In this document: one piece after another, positions 54,172 through 63,574 of the stretch
How positions within the stretch are numbered: the first letter of the stretch is position 1
How the letters are laid out: every line of letters starts with the position of its first letter
Virus record (IMG/VR): IMGVR_UViG_3300022822_000008
Length of the DNA: 64,000 nt
Strand: one strand, 5' to 3'
DNA from: a virus
Lineage: Duplodnaviria > Heunggongvirae > Uroviricota > Caudoviricetes
The notes under the pieces: generated by a model
Told to the model about the DNA's origin: nothing
Seen by the model: only the letters and a program-made list of their open reading frames with translations
Database searches by the model: none
Program-made: the position numbers and the translations under genes

Positions 54172-54645
54172 TCATTTTACCTCCAAAGACCTGTAATGAG
54201 AACGCAAAGTTGTTATTCCGCTCCTTTCCATGAGAGCGTTATAGACCATTCTGTTATGCATCTCGTAACCGACGAGTTGCTGACAATCTATATTATAAAA
54301 ATCTCTATAATATTTAGCGATTGCGGCGCTACGACTGATGCCCGCGAAGCAATGAACTAATAACATCTTGTTTTGTTTTTTAGTCTCTGCTAGGAATTCA
54401 ATTATCTTGTCAACTTTTGCATCAGTAAGACCTGAACTATATTCGTCTTCGGTATCGGCAAAGTTAAGGAATATAGCGGCGCTCATTGGACCTTTGGTTA
54501 TTTTCCAGACGTTGTGCATATGTTCTTTTTCTTTGTTGGTATCACTTACGCTTATGAAGTCTACTTTACCGTCTTCTAAATTTTCATCGTCTTCAATAAA
54601 CTTTAAAGCTTCAGCACGTCCTATGAAAGCAATTTTTAAATTCAT
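54172..54645 (-). CDS. Cys-based protein phosphatase (dual-specificity/PTP fold, HCxxGxxRS)
   Basis: P-loop VHCFAGISRSAA. Confidence 0.7.
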   Translation of the reverse strand: MNLKIAFIGRAEALKFIEDDENLEDGKVDFISVSDTNKEKEHMHNVWKITKGPMSAAIFLNFADTEDEYSSGLTDAKVDKIIEFLAETKKQNKMLLVHCFAGISRSAAIAKYYRDFYNIDCQQLVGYEMHNRMVYNALMERSGITTLRSHYRSLEVK

Positions 54646-54872
54646 AACAATCCTTTGTAATTCTTAAGTATATATGCTGGGCATTCTTCATGCACTGTGA
54701 CTATATAATAAGGTTCATTTAAGTAAGACTCTGGATCATAGACTATAGGGTTATTTTTAATCCATTCGAAAGGAACCTCAGGACAATTGGACACGAACTT
54801 AGTTGTGCTTGAAATACCTTCGTGATCAAACTCTAGTATTTCTTCAACTATGTAATAAAATTTATTCATCAT
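54642..54872 (-). CDS. Hypothetical protein
   Basis: 76-aa ORF. Confidence 0.35.
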   Translation of the reverse strand: MMNKFYYIVEEILEFDHEGISSTTKFVSNCPEVPFEWIKNNPIVYDPESYLNEPYYIVTVHEECPAYILKNYKGLL

Positions 54873-55177
54873 TGTTCTCCTGAAATTCCTTCAAGGGCAA
54901 AACCGCCTGGGGCGAAGTCATATATTTGCATGGTAACCTGAAAATCACCAGTTAAACCATTGACCTTTTTTGATAAGTAAGTTCTTTGTAAAATTTCTTT
55001 TTGATACATATTGACCAGCTCTCCTGTTTTCAAGTTATGCATGTCTTCCAAGTCTGTAAGTTGTTTATTGATATTGTCGTTACCCATAAACAAGATTGTT
55101 TGGTCGAGAGTAAATCCTAAAGATGAGATAGTTACATCAAGCATCGGACGATACATTTCAAGAATTGTATTTTTCAT
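54869..55177 (-). CDS. Hypothetical protein
   Basis: 102-aa ORF. Confidence 0.4.
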   Translation of the reverse strand: MKNTILEMYRPMLDVTISSLGFTLDQTILFMGNDNINKQLTDLEDMHNLKTGELVNMYQKEILQRTYLSKKVNGLTGDFQVTMQIYDFAPGGFALEGISGEQ

Positions 55178-55395
55178 AATAGTTCCTTTACAGCGCTGAT
55201 TTGATTGCAGAGTCAGGCGTGTCGCCGTTCATAAAATAATCGTACCATTCGATAAGTGATATTTCCGATATTCTCTCAAAAGAAGCACGTTGTGAAATGG
55301 CCAACATAAATTCTTCAAATTTTGATTTTTCGTTTTCGCAAAGGTCGTCATAAAAATCGTTCATAAAATGTAATTCCTTATTAATTCAATACAAC

Positions 55396-55424
55396 TATTA
55401 TATCAAAGTCTCAAGCAGAGTCAA
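55396..55424 (-). promoter_or_regulatory. Early promoter cassette
   Basis: GTTGAC..TTGATATAATAGTTGTATTGAATTAATAAG. Confidence 0.55.
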
Positions 55425-55768
55425 CCATTAATATATGCTTCCATAACTTTAATTTCAGTTACTTCTAGATTTTGTCTTTTGACTTGTTGTTCCTTAATTT
55501 GAACAATGTAACCGTAATTAGGATATTTGCTCTTGTTGTTTGCAGTTACTTCTTCATCTAATTTTTCGGATTTCTTGGCGTCAGTAGTAAAATAATATTC
55601 ATTATCAATATTATAGTCACCATCCTTGGACAATTGTCTGATTCCTTTTTGGGCGTTTTTAGCATTTGTAAATATGCTTGCCATGTTGATATCGTGGGTG
55701 AAAGCCTGATAATTTAGGCTTCTGAGATATGTTTCAGTGAGGGTGTCTTTGATGGTAAATAATTTCAT
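55421..55768 (-). CDS. Hypothetical protein
   Basis: 115-aa ORF. Confidence 0.4.
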   Translation of the reverse strand: MKLFTIKDTLTETYLRSLNYQAFTHDINMASIFTNAKNAQKGIRQLSKDGDYNIDNEYYFTTDAKKSEKLDEEVTANNKSKYPNYGYIVQIKEQQVKRQNLEVTEIKVMEAYING

Positions 55769-55781
55769 TTTATACGACCAT

Positions 55782-56063
55782 TTAAGTTAAATAATTAGAA
55801 ATTATTGTTGCGGATGTTCCGTGTTTTTCTTTAATAAATTCCGTCATTTCTTTTATTGTAGATTTGATTACTGTTTCTCCATAAGAACCCCAAGCTGATT
55901 GTTTGGTCTCTGTAACATTTTCCCATTTACCAAACCAAGCTATTTTATATTTTGCGTAATAATAAATACCATCTTGAGCCACAACTGGGTATATTTTAAC
56001 TTGCATGTTCTTCATTATATTTTCCAACCTTGATCTTGTGCTATGTTTCGTATCATTTGACAA
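55782..56063 (-). CDS. Hypothetical protein
   Basis: 93-aa ORF. Confidence 0.4.
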   Translation of the reverse strand: MSNDTKHSTRSRLENIMKNMQVKIYPVVAQDGIYYYAKYKIAWFGKWENVTETKQSAWGSYGETVIKSTIKEMTEFIKEKHGTSATIISNYLT

Positions 56064-56299
56064 ATCGTCTCATTATCTTTATCCTTACTCTCTGATAATT
56101 TCACAACCTCTTTTTCAAGTAAGACAATTCGCTGTTCAAGGCTAGCTGTATAAGAATCTTCAGGTGCTGAGGTGTTGACAAATTTAGCTTCATAAAGTTC
56201 TTTAAATCTTTCGTCTGTCATACCGCTCCTTTCAAGTTCGTCCATTTGAAACCAACTTTTTTCTGTACCCCAGTCATATGGTGGTGTGCTACTCATAAT

Positions 56300-56554
56300 T
56301 TATAACTCCTCTTCTTTTATGAATTCTATCATTCTCAGTCTTTCTGAGATTCTAATCATCTGTGAAGTGTGTCCTAGTTTATCATAAAAACCTTTACAAC
56401 ATACATCGCCATCGTCAGCAATGCTTGACTTATGACATACAAAATAACCTTGTTCGCCAGTTATTTCTTTCAATAGCTGTACTCTACGTTCATCACTTAC
56501 AACCTTGTTCTTGTACATCAGACATTCATTGCAGCAGGTTTTCATGACTCTCAT
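56300..56554 (-). CDS. Cys-rich small protein
   Basis: CCNEC...C..C. Confidence 0.35.
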   Translation of the reverse strand: MRVMKTCCNECLMYKNKVVSDERRVQLLKEITGEQGYFVCHKSSIADDGDVCCKGFYDKLGHTSQMIRISERLRMIEFIKEEEL

Positions 56555-57076
56555 AATTGATTCTTCTTCTTTACGACTGCAATGATATGTTCCATTAAAT
56601 GAATATTATTGAAATCATCACCTTCTAAGAATTTGATAATATTCTCAAGTGTTACATAACCATCAATATCTCCTGATAGCTTATTTCTAAATTCATCGCG
56701 TAAATACGACACATCAGAAGCGATTGATTCAATTTGGTGTATTGTTAAACTCATTTTGCGTAGCTCTCATATTTTGATTTAGTGATATAAAGAGAGTCAG
56801 CAATTATTATTGCCAACACATTAAGAGGTGTATCAGAAATGGCATCAAGAGGTGTATCAGAAACGACATCAAATTCATCTTCAATATCAGTTTCTAATCT
56901 TTCTGCAAAGGCTTCTATCGCCTCCTCAGAATAAGCGTCGATTAATATCAACACTTCGGCATAACTGTTAAGAATGATTTGTATGTTTTTTTTGAGTTCT
57001 TCGGTTGAAGACATAATATATTTCCTTTAATTCAATACAAGCACAATAACAAGTTATTGTGCTGCTGTCAACCATT

Positions 57077-58234
57077 TTACTCGTCAGATAAGATATCACA
57101 AATTTCGTCTGCAAGAGCAGAGAAGAAACCATAATCATTTTTTGGATTGCATCTTGTTGTTTCAGCTGCTGTACCTAATCTAATACCGCTTGTTTGAACG
57201 AATGACCTCGGATCATTAGGAACACTATTTTTGTTTACCGTTATATGTCTTAATTCTAAAAGATCAGCTGCTTCTCTACCGCTATATTTTGAATTACTTA
57301 AATCAAGCAATATGATATGACATTCAGTACCTCCAGTCAGAACTTTAAATCCTCTTTCAATAAAAATATTGGCCATGGTTTGAGCATTAGAAATAACTCT
57401 TTTTGCGTAGCTTATAAATTCTGGTGTATCTGCTTCAATAAAACACTGAGCCTTCGCTGCAATAATATGCATCAATGGACCGCCTTGAGTACCTGGGAAT
57501 ATAGCGCTGTTGATTCGTTTGGATAAGCATTCAGAATTCCATAAAATAAATCCACCACGCGGGCCGCGTAAAGTTTTGTGTGTTGTAGAAGTTACTACAT
57601 CAGCATAGGGTACGGGTGAAGGATAAGCTTTTGCAGCAATTAAACCAGAGTAGTGTGACATATCAGCAACTAAAAAAGCGCCTATTTCGTCTGCAATTTC
57701 TCTGAAGATATGCCATTCGATTATACCTGAATATGCACTAGCACCAGCAACAATAACTTTAGGTTTAAATGTTAACGCTTTGTTTCTAACGTCTTGCATA
57801 TCGATATAGCCATCTTCATCAACTCCATAGGAATAAGAGTCGTAAGTTTTACCTGATATATTTACAACACTGCCATGCGAAAGATGACCGCCTGCAGATA
57901 ATGACATTCCTAACAAAACATCACCAGGTTCAAGAAGTGCTTGATAAACAGCTGTGTTTGCATTCGCGCCAGAATGGGGTTGGACATTTGCAAATCTTGC
58001 ACCATATAACTTACAAACAGAATCAATTGCTAATTGCTCAATTTCGTCCATATGATCGCAGCCATTATAATAACGCCTGCCTGGATATCCTTCAGCATAT
58101 TTGTTAGTAAAGACAGAACCGCACAAATCCATAACTTCTTGACTAGCGAAATTTTCACTAGCAATTAGCTCGATTGTTCTATCTTGTCTTTTCGTTTCTT
58201 TATATAATATTTTTGCTATGCTGTTATCTATCAT
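57077..58234 (-). CDS. glyA: Serine hydroxymethyltransferase
   Basis: SHMT motifs LIASENFAS, YSGLIAA and the PLP-lysine loop TSTTHKTLRGPRGG. Confidence 0.9.
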   Translation of the reverse strand: MIDNSIAKILYKETKRQDRTIELIASENFASQEVMDLCGSVFTNKYAEGYPGRRYYNGCDHMDEIEQLAIDSVCKLYGARFANVQPHSGANANTAVYQALLEPGDVLLGMSLSAGGHLSHGSVVNISGKTYDSYSYGVDEDGYIDMQDVRNKALTFKPKVIVAGASAYSGIIEWHIFREIADEIGAFLVADMSHYSGLIAAKAYPSPVPYADVVTSTTHKTLRGPRGGFILWNSECLSKRINSAIFPGTQGGPLMHIIAAKAQCFIEADTPEFISYAKRVISNAQTMANIFIERGFKVLTGGTECHIILLDLSNSKYSGREAADLLELRHITVNKNSVPNDPRSFVQTSGIRLGTAAETTRCNPKNDYGFFSALADEICDILSDE

Positions 58235-58681
58235 TTATAACCCCATTGTCTTTAGTATATCGTCGTATTCCATTTGACGTCTTTTATCATCTGATAGAAT
58301 TGCCTGTGCTCGTTTTTCCAGTTGCGCCAATGCAGTTTCTTTTTGTTTTAGCTCTATCATGGACATTCTTTTCTTGATGTCAGTAGTCCAATCTTTAACG
58401 TAAAAGCTTTTAAACAATATAGGTTTTGCTATCTGATTCAACGTTGCATCTGCACGACCTCTAAATTCTTCCCACATTAAAAGTTGAGTCAATGATTCAA
58501 CTAACACAGGCGCCGATGCTGTGGCGATATTAATAGAATCAGAATTTCCGAACTTCAAGGAACAATTGGTAACCCAACAACTCTGAAGCTCTGATTTAAC
58601 TTTTGCAATTTCTGTTCTGTCGCTTTCTATTTTTTGGATGATTGCTTCGATCTTATCGTCGATGCCGTAATCTTTACTCAT
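58235..58681 (-). CDS. Hypothetical protein
   Basis: 148-aa ORF, start/stop-adjacent to glyA. Confidence 0.45.
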   Translation of the reverse strand: MSKDYGIDDKIEAIIQKIESDRTEIAKVKSELQSCWVTNCSLKFGNSDSINIATASAPVLVESLTQLLMWEEFRGRADATLNQIAKPILFKSFYVKDWTTDIKKRMSMIELKQKETALAQLEKRAQAILSDDKRRQMEYDDILKTMGL

Positions 58682-58693
58682 TTTTATTTCTCC

Positions 58694-59908
58694 TTAGTAT
58701 CTACGTACAGGGGTAGATGTGCCGTTTGAACAAACCAGAGTAGCCACTTTAAACCCAGTTACTTCTAGCTGTTGTAATAATCTTTCTCTTGTTGTTTCTG
58801 TTTTATTTTCAAAAATAATACTTTCATAGCGCGCCAAAATTTCTCTGGAAGCGGAATCTGGATCGTAATCTTTTATCATTTGACCGTCGATAAATTCTAC
58901 AATTGCAAATAAGTTTCTATTTCTTCCGTTTCCGTAACCGTTATGAAAATGTCTTCTATCATATCTACTTACTAAATTTGATTGGTGATAATAACTTATA
59001 GTGCCATCGAATGTAACGAATTTACCCTTCGTCTCAATCTCTTTAAAAAAAGATACATTACCGGAATAATTGTTTGCAAGTAAATAAGCATCACTTTCTT
59101 TCTTTGTTACATCAGTCAACTTATAACCTGTAATGGGCTGACTTAGTCGCGATTTTTCAAATTCAATTACACGATCTGCATAGTCATCCACACATTCGTC
59201 AAGGATACATTCAGCAAGTTGGGAAGTAGACGGTACAATAAATGTCCTTCTTTCAAAACTGTATTCACAGCAATCTGTGTATTGAAAGATGTGTTTGTTA
59301 CCCTTCAATAACATTCTTCGGCTCATTGCGTTTGAATTGAGTGTGCCGTGAGATTCCTCTTGATACCACGGACGAAATCCGATATAAATCAGTTTGTTTT
59401 CGTTACTTTTCATACTGTAGGTATGACCTTTAACAAAGTCTTTAGTGGATAAGTTTTTGGACTGTTTCTTGGTGTGAATTACGGATTCTCTGTACTGTTC
59501 GGAGTTTGTAGGTAACAACACTAAGTCTTTGCCGCACCAAGCATAAACGCATTCTTCAACAATATCGCGCTTGGATACGTCTGAGTGCATGAGAATACCG
59601 ATTAGATTATCTACTGAAATTTCAAATTCGAAATCGCGCTCATCGTGTACTCTGACTACGCTTCGCCCAGAACCAAAATGTGATCCAGATCTTTCAATTC
59701 CCTTATTGAACATAAAGGAGGTTTGTGGTTTGTTTTCAAGTTCTAAAGTTCCGAGCTGATGATTTCTCCAACTGTCCCATGAGGGTTTCTTCCTGTGTAC
59801 GCCTTTATCATCAACATAGACAATGTAAGCAAGTTTACCAGTGAAGGTACCATAACGTTCTTGAAATCCTACCATAATGGTTTTTGGTATATACAATTTA
59901 CTATTCAT
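58694..59908 (-). CDS. Hypothetical protein (404 aa)
   Basis: Long ORF with no recognisable motif. Confidence 0.55.
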   Translation of the reverse strand: MNSKLYIPKTIMVGFQERYGTFTGKLAYIVYVDDKGVHRKKPSWDSWRNHQLGTLELENKPQTSFMFNKGIERSGSHFGSGRSVVRVHDERDFEFEISVDNLIGILMHSDVSKRDIVEECVYAWCGKDLVLLPTNSEQYRESVIHTKKQSKNLSTKDFVKGHTYSMKSNENKLIYIGFRPWYQEESHGTLNSNAMSRRMLLKGNKHIFQYTDCCEYSFERRTFIVPSTSQLAECILDECVDDYADRVIEFEKSRLSQPITGYKLTDVTKKESDAYLLANNYSGNVSFFKEIETKGKFVTFDGTISYYHQSNLVSRYDRRHFHNGYGNGRNRNLFAIVEFIDGQMIKDYDPDSASREILARYESIIFENKTETTRERLLQQLEVTGFKVATLVCSNGTSTPVRRY

Positions 59909-59915
59909 AATTTAG

Positions 59916-60176
59916 TTACTCTCTGCTCTTTGGCCTAACATCACTGCATGGGGTTTCCATATAATCATTTTTCATTTTGTTGATAATTTCTATACACTCA
60001 CGAATAGCACCATTATATGCCATCTCATATTCGTCATTTCCGAATAATTCTAGGCTCATAATTTCTTCGACTATGTCATAAGTCATTAGCGATATATTTA
60101 TATCAGATACAGATCTATTCTTCATCTTATTTCTTCCACAATTTTTTGGCGAGTTTAAGTGCGGATATAATAGCAT
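59916..60176 (-). CDS. Hypothetical protein
   Basis: 86-aa ORF. Confidence 0.35.
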   Translation of the reverse strand: MLLYPHLNSPKNCGRNKMKNRSVSDINISLMTYDIVEEIMSLELFGNDEYEMAYNGAIRECIEIINKMKNDYMETPCSDVRPKSRE

Positions 60177-60351
60177 CTACATCATCCATTTTTAAATGTC
60201 CAACTTTTTTGCCTTCCCAGGTAATTAAATCAATATTGCCGCCACAGTGCATACCTTTCATAGAAGCGATCATTTCAGTTCCACCACTACCTGTAGTAAA
60301 CTGTAATTCATTAACACTTTCCGAACCATTACCTATAAATATTTTAGTCAT
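60127..60351 (-). CDS. Hypothetical protein
   Basis: 74-aa ORF. Confidence 0.35.
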   Translation of the reverse strand: MTKIFIGNGSESVNELQFTTGSGGTEMIASMKGMHCGGNIDLITWEGKKVGHLKMDDVDAIISALKLAKKLWKK

Positions 60352-60353
60352 TT

Positions 60354-60632
60354 TTATTTCTTTCCCGTTAATGTTGCAAGTTTGTTAAAAGTGAATGGGA
60401 TACCTTTTGCAAAAGTAAGAGTTATGGTTACGCTTATTAACAATAATATTATTCCCAATAAAGATATCGGCCAGATTAAACATCCACAAAATAATGCAAT
60501 TGTCCATCTGTTGAAGAATTCTTTATTATCGTCTGTTATTTTTCTGAACCTGGCATGACAGAATGAAACTATGCAGCCCAAAAATACGCCGGAAATTAAC
60601 ATAGTCAAAACTGTATCGGGTTGAATTATCAT
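60354..60632 (-). CDS. Small membrane protein
   Basis: Two transmembrane helices. Confidence 0.4.
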   Translation of the reverse strand: MIIQPDTVLTMLISGVFLGCIVSFCHARFRKITDDNKEFFNRWTIALFCGCLIWPISLLGIILLLISVTITLTFAKGIPFTFNKLATLTGKK

Positions 60633-61066
60633 TATTCACATCTCTCTAAGATTTCATAAACATCAAAGAATAAATCACGAACAACGGTGTCTAGATGGTA
60701 AATTGAGGCGATCAATTCTTGGTCATCACGATCCGTTTTGTAAGCTTTGATGAATAAATCCATAGCGGCAAGATCATCTGCAATCATTTCTGCAATCGTT
60801 TCTTTTAATTCGACATCGCCGTCATACTCTTCTTGATCTTTATTATCACTTAAATACGCTGCGCGGATAGAATCTAGTTTGTCAATAACATTCCAAACTG
60901 TAACTTCTTCAGGTGCCGGTTCACATCCACGTTCTCTCATTATCTGGGCCTGTAAATCACTAACCTGAGTTTCCAAGTTGTGAATATAAGTAAACATGTT
61001 GGCAATATCTTCATCAGAAGTGCCATGTTCTAGGTGATGGGCAAGTACAACGTTTGGTTTAATCAT
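60632..61066 (-). CDS. Hypothetical protein
   Basis: 144 aa downstream of the promoter cassette at 61101-61129. Confidence 0.45.
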   Translation of the reverse strand: MIKPNVVLAHHLEHGTSDEDIANMFTYIHNLETQVSDLQAQIMRERGCEPAPEEVTVWNVIDKLDSIRAAYLSDNKDQEEYDGDVELKETIAEMIADDLAAMDLFIKAYKTDRDDQELIASIYHLDTVVRDLFFDVYEILERCE

Positions 61067-61100
61067 AATTATTCCGTTTGTTGTTTAATTCAATATAACT

Positions 61101-61129
61101 ATTATATCAAAGACTCAAGTAAAGTCAAC
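61101..61129 (-). promoter_or_regulatory. Early promoter cassette
   Basis: GTTGAC-17-TTGATATAATAGTTATATTGAATTAAACAACAAACGG. Confidence 0.55.
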
Positions 61130-61355
61130 AAAATATTTTGATTTATCCATCAGCATATACTTTGTTACTATTGATTGTTCAGTCCAATCAGGAAGATAAG
61201 TTTCTTCTTTATCGTAATGGTAGATTGTGTTGTCTATCATTTTTTCTATAACATGTGATTGTTTTGTAGTTTCGCAAGTCTCGATGCATTTTTGAATCTT
61301 TAAAAGTGCCTGCCAATAATTTAATCGTAGTGGTTTTTTCATTTAATACTCCAGT

Positions 61356-61757
61356 TTATTTGTGAGCTTCAATAAAGTCGCGGTAGAAATATATCTCCTT
61401 TCCACTAACCAGCGTGACTGTATCGTTTGTTTTTAGTGCACTGTGCAGTTTAATCAAAAACATAGCATAATCATTATAGTACACTTGTTTATCTTTATCA
61501 TCCCAAAACCTTCGACCCATTGAACTTAGTGCGGGATGATCTGTAAACCGTTCGAGAGCCGCCGTATCAAGGACTTTCTTTTTGTATTTGATAAATCCTA
61601 AACGTGTTACCTTCACAGTCTTAAGAAACGTTTTGGGTCTGGTTTCAAATAAGTCACGAATGTTGATCATATATTCAGTTAATGCCACCTTTGTTTCAGG
61701 TGATGCCTTTATGTCTTGATTCATTTTAAATTTACCTTTATTAATTTCAATACTCAA
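61356..61757 (-). CDS. Hypothetical protein
   Basis: 133-aa ORF. Confidence 0.4.
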   Translation of the reverse strand: MSIEINKGKFKMNQDIKASPETKVALTEYMINIRDLFETRPKTFLKTVKVTRLGFIKYKKKVLDTAALERFTDHPALSSMGRRFWDDKDKQVYYNDYAMFLIKLHSALKTNDTVTLVSGKEIYFYRDFIEAHK

Positions 61758-61782
61758 ATTGTATCAAGTTTAAAAGTGAGTG

Positions 61783-62124
61783 TCAACAACTATCTTTGCT
61801 CATTTGTTCTTCAATGTTCTCTTCCCAAGATCCGCCGCCATTATGATGATTCGTTAAGAAACTAATGTTGCCGTTTTTCTCATAATTCAGAACCGTGAAT
61901 TCACTTTCTCCATGCGTTTCATGTTTTAATAATGTATACCATTCGCCGTTGAATTTTCGCATATTAATATCTTCTACATGATCTAAAAAATATTCACACA
62001 TCTCGCTAAAGTCTTCATAGAATTTTCTTATGTCAGGTTCTTCTTCCCACATATAAACACAAACTTGATAATCATTCATATTGCTAGGTCTCAAAAGACC
62101 TTTGTTTATTTCCATGTTGCTCAT
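61783..62124 (-). CDS. Hypothetical protein
   Basis: 113-aa ORF. Confidence 0.4.
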   Translation of the reverse strand: MSNMEINKGLLRPSNMNDYQVCVYMWEEEPDIRKFYEDFSEMCEYFLDHVEDINMRKFNGEWYTLLKHETHGESEFTVLNYEKNGNISFLTNHHNGGGSWEENIEEQMSKDSC

Positions 62125-62773
62125 AAGTCACCAAACGGGCTTATCAAAATGTATTCTTTAGGTTTGTAACTTTCAATCGTCCTGTCGTTTCTACGCATTA
62201 CCGCTTTATAGGCTTTCATGCCACGTTTACCTTCTTCTGTTACACCCTCACCCATTGATTCACAACTAGCTGCACAATCCATAAGAGCGTCAAGTTCTTT
62301 TTGAGTTATTAACAGATGCTTTGTCATTTCTTTTCAGCCTTTTCGTGTGCAATCGCCATGTTTACTATTGTTTTTTCAAGCGTCTGAATTTTAAGAATTA
62401 ACTTTTCATTTTCATTCTTTAGTTTATTAGTATTGTCTTGATTAAGGATAGAAGTGCAGGGAGCACAGGAAAAGTCACGTTTCCTTCCCATGAAATTATC
62501 ACCACATTTAGTGCACGTGCAGGTATAACCTTGATTTTTCGCATTAAAACCACTATACATTATTAGTGCCTCTATTTAACTTTTTCGTTTCAGTATTATA
62601 CCTAATTGTAAATGTTCTTGCCAAGGCGACAATAGTAAATATTGCAGTTGCTACCACGCTTATAACAAGCGTGCTTTTTATTTGTAATACATCAATCAAC
62701 AAATATAGTATTACAATATTCAAAGGAAAATTGATAGCAAGACCTGAGAAAACTAACCACATGGTCTCTTTTG

Positions 62774-63292
62774 CTATTTCTTTTTTGTTTGCTTTTTGCA
62801 TCTTTTAAATCCTATAATGAATAAAACTAAAATAAAAAACCCCATTGTTCCGAAAAAACTTGGCGCCGAAACTTCATATACAGGTTTATTTTTAAATTGT
62901 GGTATGGGTTGGGTCTCAATAGGTATTACAACTTGATACCATTGTTCACCTCTCATTAATACCATAAAATTATTAGTGCCTGTTTGTGGTAAAAATTTAG
63001 GTTGATCGACCACTTCAGTCAAGTTCTTATTAATTAATACCACCAAAACGCTAGATGTTTCTAGTTCAAGTATGTAATCACGACGAACTTTTGAATAATA
63101 TTCGTAGTTGTCATTCATACCGCAATCAATATAAAGTTTAAATTCGTTTGGCGCAAAGGCAACATTGTAATCTTGATTATTACAAGCGATGGGTTTATTC
63201 ATCAACTTGCCGTCGTCTTTAAAATACAAATTATCGCCAGCAACTATGCCGAATGATATTATAAAAAATAACAGTATGAATGATTTTTTCAC
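62774..63292 (-). CDS. Secreted/membrane-anchored protein (signal peptide plus C-terminal transmembrane segment and basic tail)
   Basis: MKKSFILLFFIISFGIVAG ... FFILVLFIIGFKRCKKQTKKK. Confidence 0.45.
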   Translation of the reverse strand: MKKSFILLFFIISFGIVAGDNLYFKDDGKLMNKPIACNNQDYNVAFAPNEFKLYIDCGMNDNYEYYSKVRRDYILELETSSVLVVLINKNLTEVVDQPKFLPQTGTNNFMVLMRGEQWYQVVIPIETQPIPQFKNKPVYEVSAPSFFGTMGFFILVLFIIGFKRCKKQTKKK

Positions 63293-63295
63293 GAG

Positions 63296-63574
63296 TTAAT
63301 CAGCCTTTGCCTGAGTGATATCTTTGCCGTCAAAACTTACTAAAGAGTCAACGCGGAACGAACGCCATTGCTGTATTCCAGTATCGAAACACCGCACGAC
63401 AGATTCGTTTTCTTTAGCGGGTTCTTGGCCTTCTTTCAAGACAGGTAGTAATTCTTTTGGGATGTAACCGCTGTTTAAAGTTCCAGTCATTACTCTTTTT
63501 TCACCGTTCACTTTCGTGAAGGTGAACATTACAACTTCTTGTCTAAGTGCGTCTTGTATTTGTGATCTGTTCAT
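63296..63574 (-). CDS. Hypothetical protein
   Basis: 92-aa ORF. Confidence 0.4.
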   Translation of the reverse strand: MNRSQIQDALRQEVVMFTFTKVNGEKRVMTGTLNSGYIPKELLPVLKEGQEPAKENESVVRCFDTGIQQWRSFRVDSLVSFDGKDITQAKAD

